This document shows positions 35,959 to 46,312 of a stretch of DNA of 63,824 bases, piece after piece; positions within the stretch are counted from its first letter, which is position 1, and each line of letters starts with the position of its first letter. Origin of the DNA: a virus (Duplodnaviria; Caudoviricetes); IMG/VR virus record IMGVR_UViG_3300037119_005132, positions 1-63,824 of that record; one strand, written 5' to 3'. The position numbers were made by a program, and so were the translations under genes. The notes beneath the pieces are model-generated. The model worked only from the letters and a program-made list of their open reading frames with translations, was not told the DNA's origin and made no database searches.

Positions 35959-38204
35959 CAGGTTCTCCGCGTCAGCATCAGCCGTGCCACCACGTTGTTC
36001 GGCGGCGACGGCAGCGGCTCGTCGATCGACATCAGGTGCTGGATGCCGCAGGTGAGCTCCGGCCAGGTCGCCGGCGTACCGCCGGTGCCGTAGAGCAGGT
36101 GGTCGGCGGAGCGAGACTGCTGGCCCTGCACCTCGGCGAACACCCGGCGCAGCGGGCCGTCGAGGGTGAACGTCGAGAACGGCGGCATGTACGAGATGAT
36201 CTGCTCCGAGCAGTAGCTCTCGGTGTCGATCTGCTCGGGCGCATACTCGAACGGGTTCGCGTAGATGCGGATGCGGATCTGCTTCGCCCCCGTGGGGTTG
36301 CCGTTCTCGTCCAGGACGCCTTGACCGCTGGTGAGGATGATCGTCGGGAGCTCGGCGAGCCAGTCCGACACCTCTCGGGCGTCGATGGTGTACCAATACC
36401 GGCGCCACGACGGCGGATCGTCGATGCACTCGTCGAGGATCACCGGCGGGCGGGGCGGCGCGGGGATTGGGTCGCAGTCCGGGTCGGCCAGCGGGTCTGG
36501 CGGCGCGACGATGTGGGAGGTGCGCACCGACGACGAAGCGTGCGCGGTGCTGGCCCAGTCGTAGGCGTAGGTGCCGTCATCCACGAATGAGCCGTCGAAG
36601 TATGGCGTGACCGTGCCGACGGCGAGCATTGCGGCGTCCATCGTGATCGTGTCGCCACCGTGCCACACCGACCAGCCGTCACCGACGACGTCGACCAGCC
36701 GCACCGCAGCGGTGACGGCGTCTTTGGGGGAGTCCGCGGCCAGCGACAGACGCACCCAGGTGCTCGCCGGCACGACCTGCCCCTCGGCCACTGTCGCGCC
36801 GAGGAAGCCGCCGCCAGCGTCGTACCAGGCGACCCGCATCGCAAGGCGCTGCTGCCGCCCCGGGACGAAGACGTACATCGAGGCGACGTAGGTGACGAGC
36901 TCGAGCACCGACGACTGGTTCGACAGCCCCGAGACGAAGCCCGCCGCGATGGTGTCGGAGTTGAACTGGACGCGCGCGGCGTGCGTGCCGGCCTTGAGGT
37001 TCTTGCCGTTGTGGCCGGGCAGCGGGGCGGCATCCGAGACCTGGGCGACCACGCCGGTGCCGCCCGAGGTGGTGTTGCCCTGCGCGAACGTCAGCCAGCC
37101 GGTGGGCGCAGGGAGCACCGCGTAGGACTGGGTGTTCTTCGCCGGACCGAGGCCGGTGTCCCAGACGAAGTCGAGGTCGGTGTTCGGCGGCGACGGAGTG
37201 TCGCCGTCGAAGTAGTCGCCCGCGCTGGTGTTCGGGTTCGGCTGCGGCTTGACCACCGGCGGGTCCGACGGGATCGAGGTGTAGCCGTTGTAGGTCGCCG
37301 TCGCGGTCCACTCGTAGGTGGTGCCGGGCGTCAGCCCGTTCACGACGTACGTGGAACCGGTCACCTTGACCGTGGTCACGCTGGTGGTGTTCTTCGCCTT
37401 CCACGACAGCATGTAGTAGTCCACACCGCTGACCCCGCCCGGAGGCTTGAGGGTCACCGTCGCCGACGTGCCGTTCGCCGACGGCACCACGGTCAGGGTC
37501 GGCCCGCCGCCGGCCAGCGTGGTGCCGTAGACGGTGCTGGACCACGGTCCCCAGCCGACGCTGTTCTCGTAGCGGTAGCGGATGCCGTACTTCTTCGACG
37601 ACTGCAGACCCTGGAAGAAGAACGACGGGATGCCGGACGGGTACGGGTAGGTCTTGGTCTGGATCGGGTTGTCCCAGCCGGTGCCCTCGAGCGTGATCTG
37701 GTGCTGCGAGCGCTCGAGCTCGGCGCCGCCGGTGGTGGTGGATGATCCGGTGTAGTTCAGCGACGTCGGGGTGGCATCGACGACCTTCACCGGGTCGGGC
37801 TGGCCGGGCACGCTGAGCAGCGGCGTGGAGGCGAACGAGCCAGACAGCGACGCCGACCCGAAGATCCAGCCGGACTTGCTGTGGCTGGCGGAGTAGTTGA
37901 CGGTGAGCTCGCCCTGGCTGTTGTGCGTCTTCCAGCCGGTCTCACCGCTGCTGATGGTGATGTAGTCCTGGCCGCCGCGGAAGTCGAGCGCCTTGTTGCC
38001 GGAGTAGTTCGAGCCCTCGACATTCGCCGTCCACGGCGCGGCGGTGCCATCCCATGTGTAGTTGGTGCCGTCGAGGTTGTATGCCCGCAGCCACCACGTG
38101 TAGCGCGACTGGTTGCCGCTGGTGTCGGAGCGGGTGACGTTCATCCGCAGCTCGAACCGCGGCCGCCCGGAGTATGCGTCCTTGCCGGTTTCACTGGTTG
38201 CCAT
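35958..38204 (-). CDS. Minor tail protein with FN3 and CBM-like domains (748 aa)
   Basis: GL.....Y..R, GLTPGTTYEW, YFDG motifs. Confidence 0.8.
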   Translation of the reverse strand: MATSETGKDAYSGRPRFELRMNVTRSDTSGNQSRYTWWLRAYNLDGTNYTWDGTAAPWTANVEGSNYSGNKALDFRGGQDYITISSGETGWKTHNSQGELTVNYSASHSKSGWIFGSASLSGSFASTPLLSVPGQPDPVKVVDATPTSLNYTGSSTTTGGAELERSQHQITLEGTGWDNPIQTKTYPYPSGIPSFFFQGLQSSKKYGIRYRYENSVGWGPWSSTVYGTTLAGGGPTLTVVPSANGTSATVTLKPPGGVSGVDYYMLSWKAKNTTSVTTVKVTGSTYVVNGLTPGTTYEWTATATYNGYTSIPSDPPVVKPQPNPNTSAGDYFDGDTPSPPNTDLDFVWDTGLGPAKNTQSYAVLPAPTGWLTFAQGNTTSGGTGVVAQVSDAAPLPGHNGKNLKAGTHAARVQFNSDTIAAGFVSGLSNQSSVLELVTYVASMYVFVPGRQQRLAMRVAWYDAGGGFLGATVAEGQVVPASTWVRLSLAADSPKDAVTAAVRLVDVVGDGWSVWHGGDTITMDAAMLAVGTVTPYFDGSFVDDGTYAYDWASTAHASSSVRTSHIVAPPDPLADPDCDPIPAPPRPPVILDECIDDPPSWRRYWYTIDAREVSDWLAELPTIILTSGQGVLDENGNPTGAKQIRIRIYANPFEYAPEQIDTESYCSEQIISYMPPFSTFTLDGPLRRVFAEVQGQQSRSADHLLYGTGGTPATWPELTCGIQHLMSIDEPLPSPPNNVVARLMLTRRT

Positions 38205-38213
38205 GATCGCCTC

Positions 38214-41200
38214 CTACGGCACTGTCACGGCGAGGGCGTCGGCGTACAGCCGGACCTTCGCGCCTGTCGACCAGCTGGTGACCCGCTGCAGCACCCGGAC
38301 TACGGCGATCGTGGCGCCCACCGGCGGCGCGATCGACTTCGCCGAGACCGCGCCAGATCCGCCGGCGATGATGCCCAGACCGACAGTGCTGATCAGGCCG
38401 CTCGCGCCGCGCCACTCTACCTGCACCTCGAGCGCGCCGAGCACGACAGTTCCGGACTCGATCTCACCCTGACCCCAGATATTGAACGAGTAGCGCTCGC
38501 CGGCAGTGACGGCGTGCGCCAGCTGCACGCCCTGCTGCATCGCGATCCAGCCGGGGACGGCGCTGGTGTTCGGTGCCGTCCAGGTGGTCTTCACCGACTG
38601 CGCTCCTACCGAGGCGGTCTCGGTGGACACGGCCGCGGTGGACACTCCGCCGCTGGTGGTGGTGGTGTCGTAGATCGCCTGCCAGCCCAGCGCGCTCCCC
38701 TCGGCCGAGGGGTTCATCGAGTAGTTGCGCGCCACCTCGACGGTGCCAGTGCCGAGTCCGGCGCTCGGGTAGTTCACGAGGTTCACCGGGTCGTCCTGCA
38801 CGATCGACGGCGACGCCGGGTCGAGCGTCACCTCCTCGGGGAGCGTGAAGACGAACGGCACTCCGGCGGCGAGGGTGAACTGCACGATGTAGCCGTAGAC
38901 GTCCCCGCGGCGCATCTTCTGCTGCACGATCGGACCGCTGATCGCGACGACGCCGTGCAGCACGCGGACCAGCCCCTCCACGTACGCGGCGTAGGCGACC
39001 GGATCGGGCACCTCGACGCGACTGCCGAACTGCGCCCGCGACGGCGAGGCATCCGCCGGCCCGGTCCAGTCGTACTCGGTGGGCGGGTCTTCGGTGTCGA
39101 CGCCGTAGCCATCGAAGTAGGTGCCGTCGTACTCGCCTTCGACGAGGATCAGCGAGTCCCACCACACGTCGCCGCCGCCGGATGACGCGCCGTTGTAGAG
39201 CCGGATGAACGCCTCGGTGGCATCGGCCGGCGTGGTGAAGGTGTGGATCAGCCGGGTCACGCCCGCCGCGTTCGGCGCGGCGGCCGCGCTCACCTCGGTG
39301 TAGCCGGGCAACGCCGCGCTCTTCACGAACGAAACCATCTTGCGCGCCCGCGGGTTGAGTACGCCGGTCTGCGCGGCGGTGAGCCGGATGTTCGCCGCCA
39401 CGGTGTACGTCTTGCCGGGCTGCATCTGCAGCCGCATCCCGCCGGTGTCGCCACCAGGGGAGGCGTAGCTGTCGGTGCTGCTGGTGAGCGGGATGATCCG
39501 CATCGACTTGGTGCGGTCAGTGGCCCAGTGCGTCGAGGAGACCCGCTTGGATGCCGCGCCGCCGCTGTAGCTGTTCACGTCGGCGGCGTTCAGCGCGGTG
39601 GTGGAGGCGTTCGCGGTGCCGGTCCACACCGGGAAGAAGTCCGGGTCGTACAGGTACGATCGGGAGGCGTGCGCAGTGCCCTCCCAGGCCGCGGCGTACG
39701 GCGCGATCGGGACAGTGCCGTCGAAGTAGGGGTTGAGCACCGAGCCGAACTCCACCATCGCGGCGGCGGCGTCCAGCCAGTCGCCCACGGTGTACTTGCC
39801 GACGAAGTCCGAGCGCAGATCCACCCGCACCTTCGCCGCGCCGGCGGGAGCCGTCGCGGTGACGGTGTAGCGCCGCCAGGTGCCGTCGACCACGGATGCC
39901 GCACCCACGACGATCCCACCGATCATGGCGTTGGTTGCAGTGAACCAGTAGACAGCGGCATAGGCGGTAGCTGCGCCCAGGCTGGCCTGCGCGCGACCGT
40001 AGATCGAGTGCGTCACGGTCTGCCCCGGCGTCACGGCAGGCTGTGCGACTGTGCCCGAGTAGTGGTTGATCGTGCCGCTGCCGCCGAGGGTCTGCACCGT
40101 CAGCCGGCGGTAGAACGGCGAGACCCCGGCGGGGCCGTCGGTGCTCGAGATCGCGGACTGCGCGGTGCCGCCGTTGTCCACGCCACCCTGCCACCCCGCC
40201 TGCAAGGTCGGGTAGGGCTGCAGGTTCCGGCGCACCCGGCTGCGGGTGGCGCCGTCGAAGTACGGCCCGTTGTAGACGCCCTCGACGACGAGCAGGTCGT
40301 CGAACCACAGCGACTCACCAATGGTGTTGTGCGCAGGAAGACGAAGGCGAACAAAGCCCGCCGCGGCAGTCACGGTGAACGTCAGCCGCCACTCCTGGAC
40401 GCCCGCGAAGGTGGTCGAGATGACGCCACTCACGTCGATGGTCGAACCACCGCCCGCCCACACGCCGAGTGGCACGGTGGGCGTGGAGGCGGCGGAGAGC
40501 GTCCGCGACTTCACGAGGACGGTGTACGTCTTCCCAACCTCGACCGGCAGGGTCGAGAAGGCGTAGTTGGTCGTGCCGGTGCGGTTCAGCACGCGAGCAC
40601 TCTGCGTGCCGGACGAAGCCCATTCGGTGGACTTGAGGGAGACTGCGGCACCCCCCGCCGACTCATTGCTGACGCCCGGCACCGCTGTGCCGATCTGCAC
40701 GCTCGGAGTGGCGTTCGCCGCCCCGGTCCAGGCGTAGGAGTAGTCCCCTGCGGCGATCGTCGAGCCGTCGAAGTAGGAGCCGAGGACTGGGGAGAGTTCC
40801 ACCAGCAGGCCGGTCGCGTCGAGCGTCTCCCCGATGAGCCAGTTCGGACCCGTGTCCGGGTCGATGTTTGCGCCCAGGAATGCCGCACCCGCCGGGGCTG
40901 TCACCGTGTGGGAGATGCGCACCCAGGCGCCAGACGTGAGCGAGACGATCGGAGAGACCGAGTTCGTGATCGGGTTGCCAGCGGCGTCCCGCCAGAACAC
41001 CTGAATATTCGCGGTACGGGCAGCGCCTACCCAAGTGGCGCGCATCCATGCCGAGATGGTGAACACCTGCGCCGCGACGACGGGATACCCCAGGACGCTC
41101 ACGCCAGTCGGGGCGTCACTCTGCGCGAGCGTGAACCCGGTGTCCCCCGCTCCTCCACTGGCCGACCAGGTCTTGCGCTGGTAGGAGTTCGGGCCGCCAG

Positions 41201-41981
41201 CCGGACCGTCCGCCGCTCCGGTCACGAGGGTCGTGGTTCCCGCCCCGGTGCCGCCGTACCAGCGGGCAGAGAAGCCCCACCGGCCGGTGGGGACAGTGGC
41301 TCCTGTCGCCCGCGGATCGTGCGCCAGGTTCCGCCGCACCTCGACGGTGCTGGCTGTGGCCTGCTCGAAGGACGGGTTGGTGGCGAGGTTCGTCAGCATC
41401 AGCGTCGGGCTGCCGGCGCTCTCCATCGACGGGTTCGTGGCGAGGTTGATCACGCCGCGATCCCACTGCGTCTCCACCTTGGTGAAGTCCTCGGGGGAGC
41501 GTGGGCAGGCGGCGAAGAACGTGGCATCCGCCTCGCCGCACGAGGCGCCGTGGATACCGCACTCGTCGGGGCGCAGTGCGGCATCCAGCCAGGAGAACCC
41601 GGCCTCGAGCGCGTCCTCGCCCTGTGCGGTGAGCACCGCGGTGCAGCGGATGGTGCGAATCGCGTGGCGCACGCCGTTGATCGTTCCGCCGTCCAGGATG
41701 CCCTCGGTCAGCGTGGCGGTGCGGGTGGAGTCGGTGATCTGGTCGATCCGGGTCGGGTAGGCGCCGAAGAACCGGTGTGTGGGCTCGTCCTCCTCGTCGT
41801 ACCAGGGAGCGTCGGAGATGTTGTCGTAGTCGTAGGCGCGCTCGGCGAGCGCGCTGGCGATGTCGCCGCACTCCGGCAGTTTCAGCCAGTGCACCGGACA
41901 GTCAGCGGTGTGTGAGTAGCCGTAGGCCCGAGCGCGCGAGAGGATCTCGTTGCAGCCGAGGGTCAGATAGCCGGTGAACAC
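38214..41981 (-). CDS. Minor tail protein with multiple CBM-like modules (1255 aa)
   Basis: GTG overlaps TMP stop; repeated NL..NPS and YFDG..WTG motifs. Confidence 0.85.
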   Translation of the reverse strand: MFTGYLTLGCNEILSRARAYGYSHTADCPVHWLKLPECGDIASALAERAYDYDNISDAPWYDEEDEPTHRFFGAYPTRIDQITDSTRTATLTEGILDGGTINGVRHAIRTIRCTAVLTAQGEDALEAGFSWLDAALRPDECGIHGASCGEADATFFAACPRSPEDFTKVETQWDRGVINLATNPSMESAGSPTLMLTNLATNPSFEQATASTVEVRRNLAHDPRATGATVPTGRWGFSARWYGGTGAGTTTLVTGAADGPAGGPNSYQRKTWSASGGAGDTGFTLAQSDAPTGVSVLGYPVVAAQVFTISAWMRATWVGAARTANIQVFWRDAAGNPITNSVSPIVSLTSGAWVRISHTVTAPAGAAFLGANIDPDTGPNWLIGETLDATGLLVELSPVLGSYFDGSTIAAGDYSYAWTGAANATPSVQIGTAVPGVSNESAGGAAVSLKSTEWASSGTQSARVLNRTGTTNYAFSTLPVEVGKTYTVLVKSRTLSAASTPTVPLGVWAGGGSTIDVSGVISTTFAGVQEWRLTFTVTAAAGFVRLRLPAHNTIGESLWFDDLLVVEGVYNGPYFDGATRSRVRRNLQPYPTLQAGWQGGVDNGGTAQSAISSTDGPAGVSPFYRRLTVQTLGGSGTINHYSGTVAQPAVTPGQTVTHSIYGRAQASLGAATAYAAVYWFTATNAMIGGIVVGAASVVDGTWRRYTVTATAPAGAAKVRVDLRSDFVGKYTVGDWLDAAAAMVEFGSVLNPYFDGTVPIAPYAAAWEGTAHASRSYLYDPDFFPVWTGTANASTTALNAADVNSYSGGAASKRVSSTHWATDRTKSMRIIPLTSSTDSYASPGGDTGGMRLQMQPGKTYTVAANIRLTAAQTGVLNPRARKMVSFVKSAALPGYTEVSAAAAPNAAGVTRLIHTFTTPADATEAFIRLYNGASSGGGDVWWDSLILVEGEYDGTYFDGYGVDTEDPPTEYDWTGPADASPSRAQFGSRVEVPDPVAYAAYVEGLVRVLHGVVAISGPIVQQKMRRGDVYGYIVQFTLAAGVPFVFTLPEEVTLDPASPSIVQDDPVNLVNYPSAGLGTGTVEVARNYSMNPSAEGSALGWQAIYDTTTTSGGVSTAAVSTETASVGAQSVKTTWTAPNTSAVPGWIAMQQGVQLAHAVTAGERYSFNIWGQGEIESGTVVLGALEVQVEWRGASGLISTVGLGIIAGGSGAVSAKSIAPPVGATIAVVRVLQRVTSWSTGAKVRLYADALAVTVP

Positions 41982-44900
41982 TATGCGACCGACCTCTCTA
42001 CGATCTGGTTGACCGTCTCGTTCGCGGCCCGCCACGGGTCCGGCGCGTTGATCTGGATGGCGCCCTCGGAGATGTTGATCTGCTTGCTCGGACCGCTCGG
42101 CCCGACGGTAGAAGCCGTCCGACCCTGCGCGATCGCACTGAGGCCACGCACCGCAGGATCGACCTGCGACAGCGGCCGGCGCAACGGCACGAGCGCCTCG
42201 GGCCCGGCCTCGCCGCCGATCAGCGCTGTCGGTCGGGTGAGCAGTGCGCCGGTGGCACCCTTGGGCAGCTTGCCACCGCCGGGGATCGGGATGGAGGACA
42301 CCCCGCTGATCGCGTCCGAGATCGGCGCGAAGAGACGGCTGATGGAGCCGATGATGGTGTTGACGACGCCGCTCACGGTCTCCGCCAGGCCGTTCCAGAA
42401 GTTGTCCCACTTCGTCTTCGCGCCGATCACGCCGAGCGTGAACTGCAGTGAGATCGTCGACCACATCAGGCGCAACACGGTGCCGATCAAGCCTGCCGCC
42501 TCGGCAGGCTTCTTCGGGACGCCGTTCCAGAAGCTGTCCCAGTCGGTCTTGAGCTTGCCGTACCAGACGACGAAGCCCAGCTGTATCGTCGTCCACCACA
42601 GCCCGATCGTGACGCTGATCAGCGTCCAGGCGGTGGTGATCGTCTTGGGAAGGTTCAGCCAGAACGTCGTCCACTGGATCGCCAGCCCAGCGAACCAGAC
42701 CTTGAAGCCGATGATGACCTGGGCGAACCAGGTGCCGATGAGGGTCGAGATGGAGAACCAGAACTCCGGGTTCTTCATGGTCTCCCAGGCCGTCTCCCAC
42801 ATCGTCGGCAGAGTGGCGGTGAAGATCGCCCACTGGATCTTGAAGACGTCCATCCCCAGCGCGACGTTGTCCCAGGTGGTCTGGAACAGCTTCGGCAGGC
42901 TCGTGATGTAGGTGCCCGGGTCGGTGACCGGCGCCGCGATGGTGGCGAGGGTCTTCTCGAGCGGGTTGTCGCTGGTCATCCACTCCTCGGGGATGAGGCC
43001 CGCAAAGAACTCCGCGACCTGCGCAGCGAAGGTGCCCCACGGCCCAGTGGTCAGCGCCGCCGTCATCCGAGTGCCGGTGTCGTTCCAGGTGCCCTCGAAC
43101 TCGGTAAGCAGCGAGTAGATGTAGCCGATGCCAGCACCGATCACGACGCCCCAGATGCCGAACATGGCGCCGAGCCCGGCGCCGGTGAGGGTGTTCTGCG
43201 ACACGTTGCTGTCCAGGTCGAACTGATCCCAGAACTCGTCCGGGATGATCTGGACCGCCGTGACGACAGCGAGACCGGCGAGACCACCGGAGATCCGCTT
43301 CAACTTGCCGACGTCGAACTTCTTGATCGCCGCGCCGCCGGCGACCATCTCCGTCGTGAACAGCGCCATGTCCACCGCGATGCTGCCGAGCTTGACCGCC
43401 CGGAACAGCACGAGCGCGCTGACGATTGCGATGAGTCCCTTCGCGACCTCCTTCGGGTGCTCCTTCATGAAGTCGGCGAGCGCCTGCACGAATGGAGCGA
43501 GCGCCTCTGCGACGTCCGCGATGATGGGCGCGAGGATCTTGATCCCCGACTTGATGACCTCGTTGGTGGCCTCCGCAAGCTCGCCCATCGGGCCAGCGAG
43601 CGGCTCGAGTGCCCTGCCGAATTCGTCCAGGGCTTCCGCGAGCAGCCCGAAAATGTCGAGCTTCTGTGCGACGTCGAGTAGATCGCGGCCGCCGCCGTCT
43701 AGGAAGCCCTCGATGTGGCCGATGAAGTCGGTCAGCTGGCCGATGGTCTCGTCCGTGACCATGTCGTTGAGTAGGCCGCCGGTCGTCTCGAGCAGGGAGC
43801 CGAGCGCGCCGAACACGGCCTCGCCGTGACGCAGCCACTCGTCGAAGCCCGGCCCTTTCAAGAAGTCCGCGAAGGTGTCGGTGAGCTCCTCGATCCAGGA
43901 CAGCAGTCCTTCGAGCGAGCGCTGGAACGCCGGGCTTGCGAACGCCACGAGCAGCGCGTCGCCGACCTTGCCGACCACGCGCAGCAGCCGGCCGAAGATC
44001 TCCCCGGACATGGTCAGGAACGTGTTGAGATTCTCGATCGTCTTGGGCTTGATGTTCTTCGCGAGGTCGGTGATGAGGTCGTTGATCACGTCGCCGATGG
44101 CCTCGAACCCGGGGGTCAGCTGCTTCACCACGGACGCAAGTCGCTTCCAGGAACCCTCGGTGCCCTTGAAGGCGCGCACCGACATCGCCGTCATCACCTC
44201 GGAGAAGGTGTCCCGGAAGTCGTCGAACGCCTTGCGCGCAGGGACGATCGCCGCGGGCAGCTTCTCGATGTCCCCGATGAACTTGCTGAACGCCACAAAC
44301 CCGAAGATCGCGCCGGTGAGGGCGCCGCTCAGCGCGCCGCCCAGCACGAACAGCCCGGATCCGGCGGCCGAGGAGAGTCCGGCGAGGTCGCTCATGCTCG
44401 CGATGACCGCGCCGATGATGAGGGTCCACTGTCGCGTGTTCGCCGACAGGTTCTTCCACATCGAGCCCTGCTTGTGGCCATCTGCGGTGAGCCGCCGTAT
44501 GGCCTTACTCAGGCCCGAGCTCTCCTTCTCGGCGGCGTCGAGGCTGTCGCTGACCTCGTCGATGGACGGCCGCAACCGGCCGCGCAGGTTGTCCGCGAAC
44601 AGGTCGATCGAGCCGTTGAGTGACTCGACCTCCCGCTTCGTGATGACCAGGCCCCGCCACGTACCGTCGTCGTCGAAGAGGTGCTCTTCGTGCAGCGCGT
44701 CGATGCTGGTCCGCAGGTGGTCGATAGCCCCATCGACAGAGCCGATCCGCTCAACCAGATTGTCGAAGCCGTGCTGGTCGAACAGCGCCTCGGCGATGTC
44801 GATCCGACGCTCGCGGATGCGACGCAGCGCGATGTCTGCAAAGTCGTCGGCGAGCTTGCGTCCGCCGAGCTTGCCCGACTCGGACAACCGGGTTGCGATC

Positions 44901-45085
44901 GTCTTCGACAGCTTCGAGAGGTGAGGGCCGACGGCGCGGTTGAAGCTCTGACCGAACTCATCTCCGGCCTCGTCGCCGACGCCGGAGAGCTTCTTCGCCT
45001 CACGTCGGGCCTCACGAGAGAGACCCCTGCCGTCGAGGCCGACGATGAACTCGACGCGCCCGATCGTGTCAGCGATGGAAACCAC
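41981..45085 (-). CDS. Tape measure protein (1034 aa)
   Basis: Helical A/L/G-rich; Trp periodicity; GEAGPEALVPL; follows chaperone. Confidence 0.92.
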   Translation of the reverse strand: MVSIADTIGRVEFIVGLDGRGLSREARREAKKLSGVGDEAGDEFGQSFNRAVGPHLSKLSKTIATRLSESGKLGGRKLADDFADIALRRIRERRIDIAEALFDQHGFDNLVERIGSVDGAIDHLRTSIDALHEEHLFDDDGTWRGLVITKREVESLNGSIDLFADNLRGRLRPSIDEVSDSLDAAEKESSGLSKAIRRLTADGHKQGSMWKNLSANTRQWTLIIGAVIASMSDLAGLSSAAGSGLFVLGGALSGALTGAIFGFVAFSKFIGDIEKLPAAIVPARKAFDDFRDTFSEVMTAMSVRAFKGTEGSWKRLASVVKQLTPGFEAIGDVINDLITDLAKNIKPKTIENLNTFLTMSGEIFGRLLRVVGKVGDALLVAFASPAFQRSLEGLLSWIEELTDTFADFLKGPGFDEWLRHGEAVFGALGSLLETTGGLLNDMVTDETIGQLTDFIGHIEGFLDGGGRDLLDVAQKLDIFGLLAEALDEFGRALEPLAGPMGELAEATNEVIKSGIKILAPIIADVAEALAPFVQALADFMKEHPKEVAKGLIAIVSALVLFRAVKLGSIAVDMALFTTEMVAGGAAIKKFDVGKLKRISGGLAGLAVVTAVQIIPDEFWDQFDLDSNVSQNTLTGAGLGAMFGIWGVVIGAGIGYIYSLLTEFEGTWNDTGTRMTAALTTGPWGTFAAQVAEFFAGLIPEEWMTSDNPLEKTLATIAAPVTDPGTYITSLPKLFQTTWDNVALGMDVFKIQWAIFTATLPTMWETAWETMKNPEFWFSISTLIGTWFAQVIIGFKVWFAGLAIQWTTFWLNLPKTITTAWTLISVTIGLWWTTIQLGFVVWYGKLKTDWDSFWNGVPKKPAEAAGLIGTVLRLMWSTISLQFTLGVIGAKTKWDNFWNGLAETVSGVVNTIIGSISRLFAPISDAISGVSSIPIPGGGKLPKGATGALLTRPTALIGGEAGPEALVPLRRPLSQVDPAVRGLSAIAQGRTASTVGPSGPSKQINISEGAIQINAPDPWRAANETVNQIVERSVA

Positions 45086-45098
45086 CCCCCACTCTGGG

Positions 45099-45709
45099 TC
45101 AGAGAACTCCCTGGGCCCGAGAGAAGAGCGACATCTCCTCGTCCACCACGGCCTGGCTCACTCTACCGCTGGGCCCCTCTCCTCTGATAGGAGCGTTGAG
45201 GTCACTGATCCAGCGGTCCTGCTCCTCCTCGGGGACGCGCTCGAGGCACCACAGGTAGACGAAGTTGAGGAACCCGCCGGGCCTTAGCTCGAAAGCTTCG
45301 ATGCCTTGCCCGGTGAGCGCCCCGTCGATCTCTGCCCACCGCTGCCCTGCGATGGCAAGTAGTCGGTAGGCAGCTTGGTAGGGCGTTCGTCTGCCGACTT
45401 CTCGATGATCCAGTCCACGATCCCGTCCTCGTTGTCGTCGTCACCACCCGCGAGGAGATCGAACGACACGGTGCCGTCGGCGACAAGGTTGCGCAGTCGC
45501 TGATAGCCGTCGTCGTGCAGTAGTCCCTTGAGGAACCGGAACACGGCGGCGATCAGCGTCTGACCGCCCTCGTCCTGTGCTGCAGCGACCAGGGCCATCT
45601 GCCCGATGGTCGCCTTGTCGGCGACGAACTCCTGGCCCGCGAGTGAGAACTCGAGAACCGGCTTCTCTTCGCTGGTCGCGGCCTCCGCCGCGGCCTTGAA
45701 CTCCTTCAT
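45099..45709 (-). CDS. Frameshifted (-1) long tail assembly chaperone
   Basis: -1 frame open from ~45383 to TGA at 45101-45099 (YQAAYRLLAIAGQRWAEIDG...). Confidence 0.65.
45284..45709 (-). CDS. Tail assembly chaperone (141 aa)
   Basis: Directly upstream of TMP; RBS AGGAGG; RPT near end. Confidence 0.8.
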   Translation of the reverse strand: MKEFKAAAEAATSEEKPVLEFSLAGQEFVADKATIGQMALVAAAQDEGGQTLIAAVFRFLKGLLHDDGYQRLRNLVADGTVSFDLLAGGDDDNEDGIVDWIIEKSADERPTKLPTDYLPSQGSGGQRSTGRSPGKASKLSS

Positions 45710-45775
45710 GAGAGTCCCTCCTGTGCGGACGCCCGCCCGCTCGTGCAGAGCGTAGCCCAGATGGGATACGACTGC

Positions 45776-46312
45776 CTACCGCAGGAACGCGCTCTGCGCC
45801 GCGAAGGCCCTCATGCCGGCGGTGCGCAGCCAGGGGTTCGCGTCCTGCCCGCGCACGTGGTTGCCGAGCAGCACGATGCCGTTGCCGCGGGCGTAGTCGA
45901 GCTCCTGGCTGTTGGCCCAGAGGCCACCGCGTACCCGACCCTTGCCGACCCGCATCATTGGCTGCCGCGCGACGACGATCGAGGTGCCCTCGTGGACGTA
46001 CCGGGCGTACGGGGCGGTGTTGCGCACGCCGTACTGGAAGCTGCGCGGGCCGCGACCGATGCGGCCGCTGCGCTTATGTGACCACTTCAAGTGCGAGGAG
46101 CCGGGATGCCGCCCCCACGGCACCTTGCGGCCGGATACCGGCGCACCGCGCACCGCGAAGGTGAAGACCAGGTTGTTCATGCGCCGACCGAAGGCGTCCG
46201 GCGCCTCGCCCCGCTGCATCAGACCGGTGAGGGCAGGCTCGTAGATGATGACGCGGAAGTCCCCGGTGCCGAGGTTGCCACCGCCGAATCTAACGAGCGC
46301 CACGCCACTCAC
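45776..46312 (-). CDS. HK97 gp10-like tail-completion protein (178 aa)
   Basis: APV..G.L..S; YA.YVHEGT; VRGQ.ANPWL. Confidence 0.75.
   Translation of the reverse strand: MSGVALVRFGGGNLGTGDFRVIIYEPALTGLMQRGEAPDAFGRRMNNLVFTFAVRGAPVSGRKVPWGRHPGSSHLKWSHKRSGRIGRGPRSFQYGVRNTAPYARYVHEGTSIVVARQPMMRVGKGRVRGGLWANSQELDYARGNGIVLLGNHVRGQDANPWLRTAGMRAFAAQSAFLR

Noticed and set aside
41982-44459. Upstream part of the 2081-aa ORF 38214..44459
   Set aside because: Arg-rich off-frame shadow of the tape measure gene; the real gene starts at GTG 41981.
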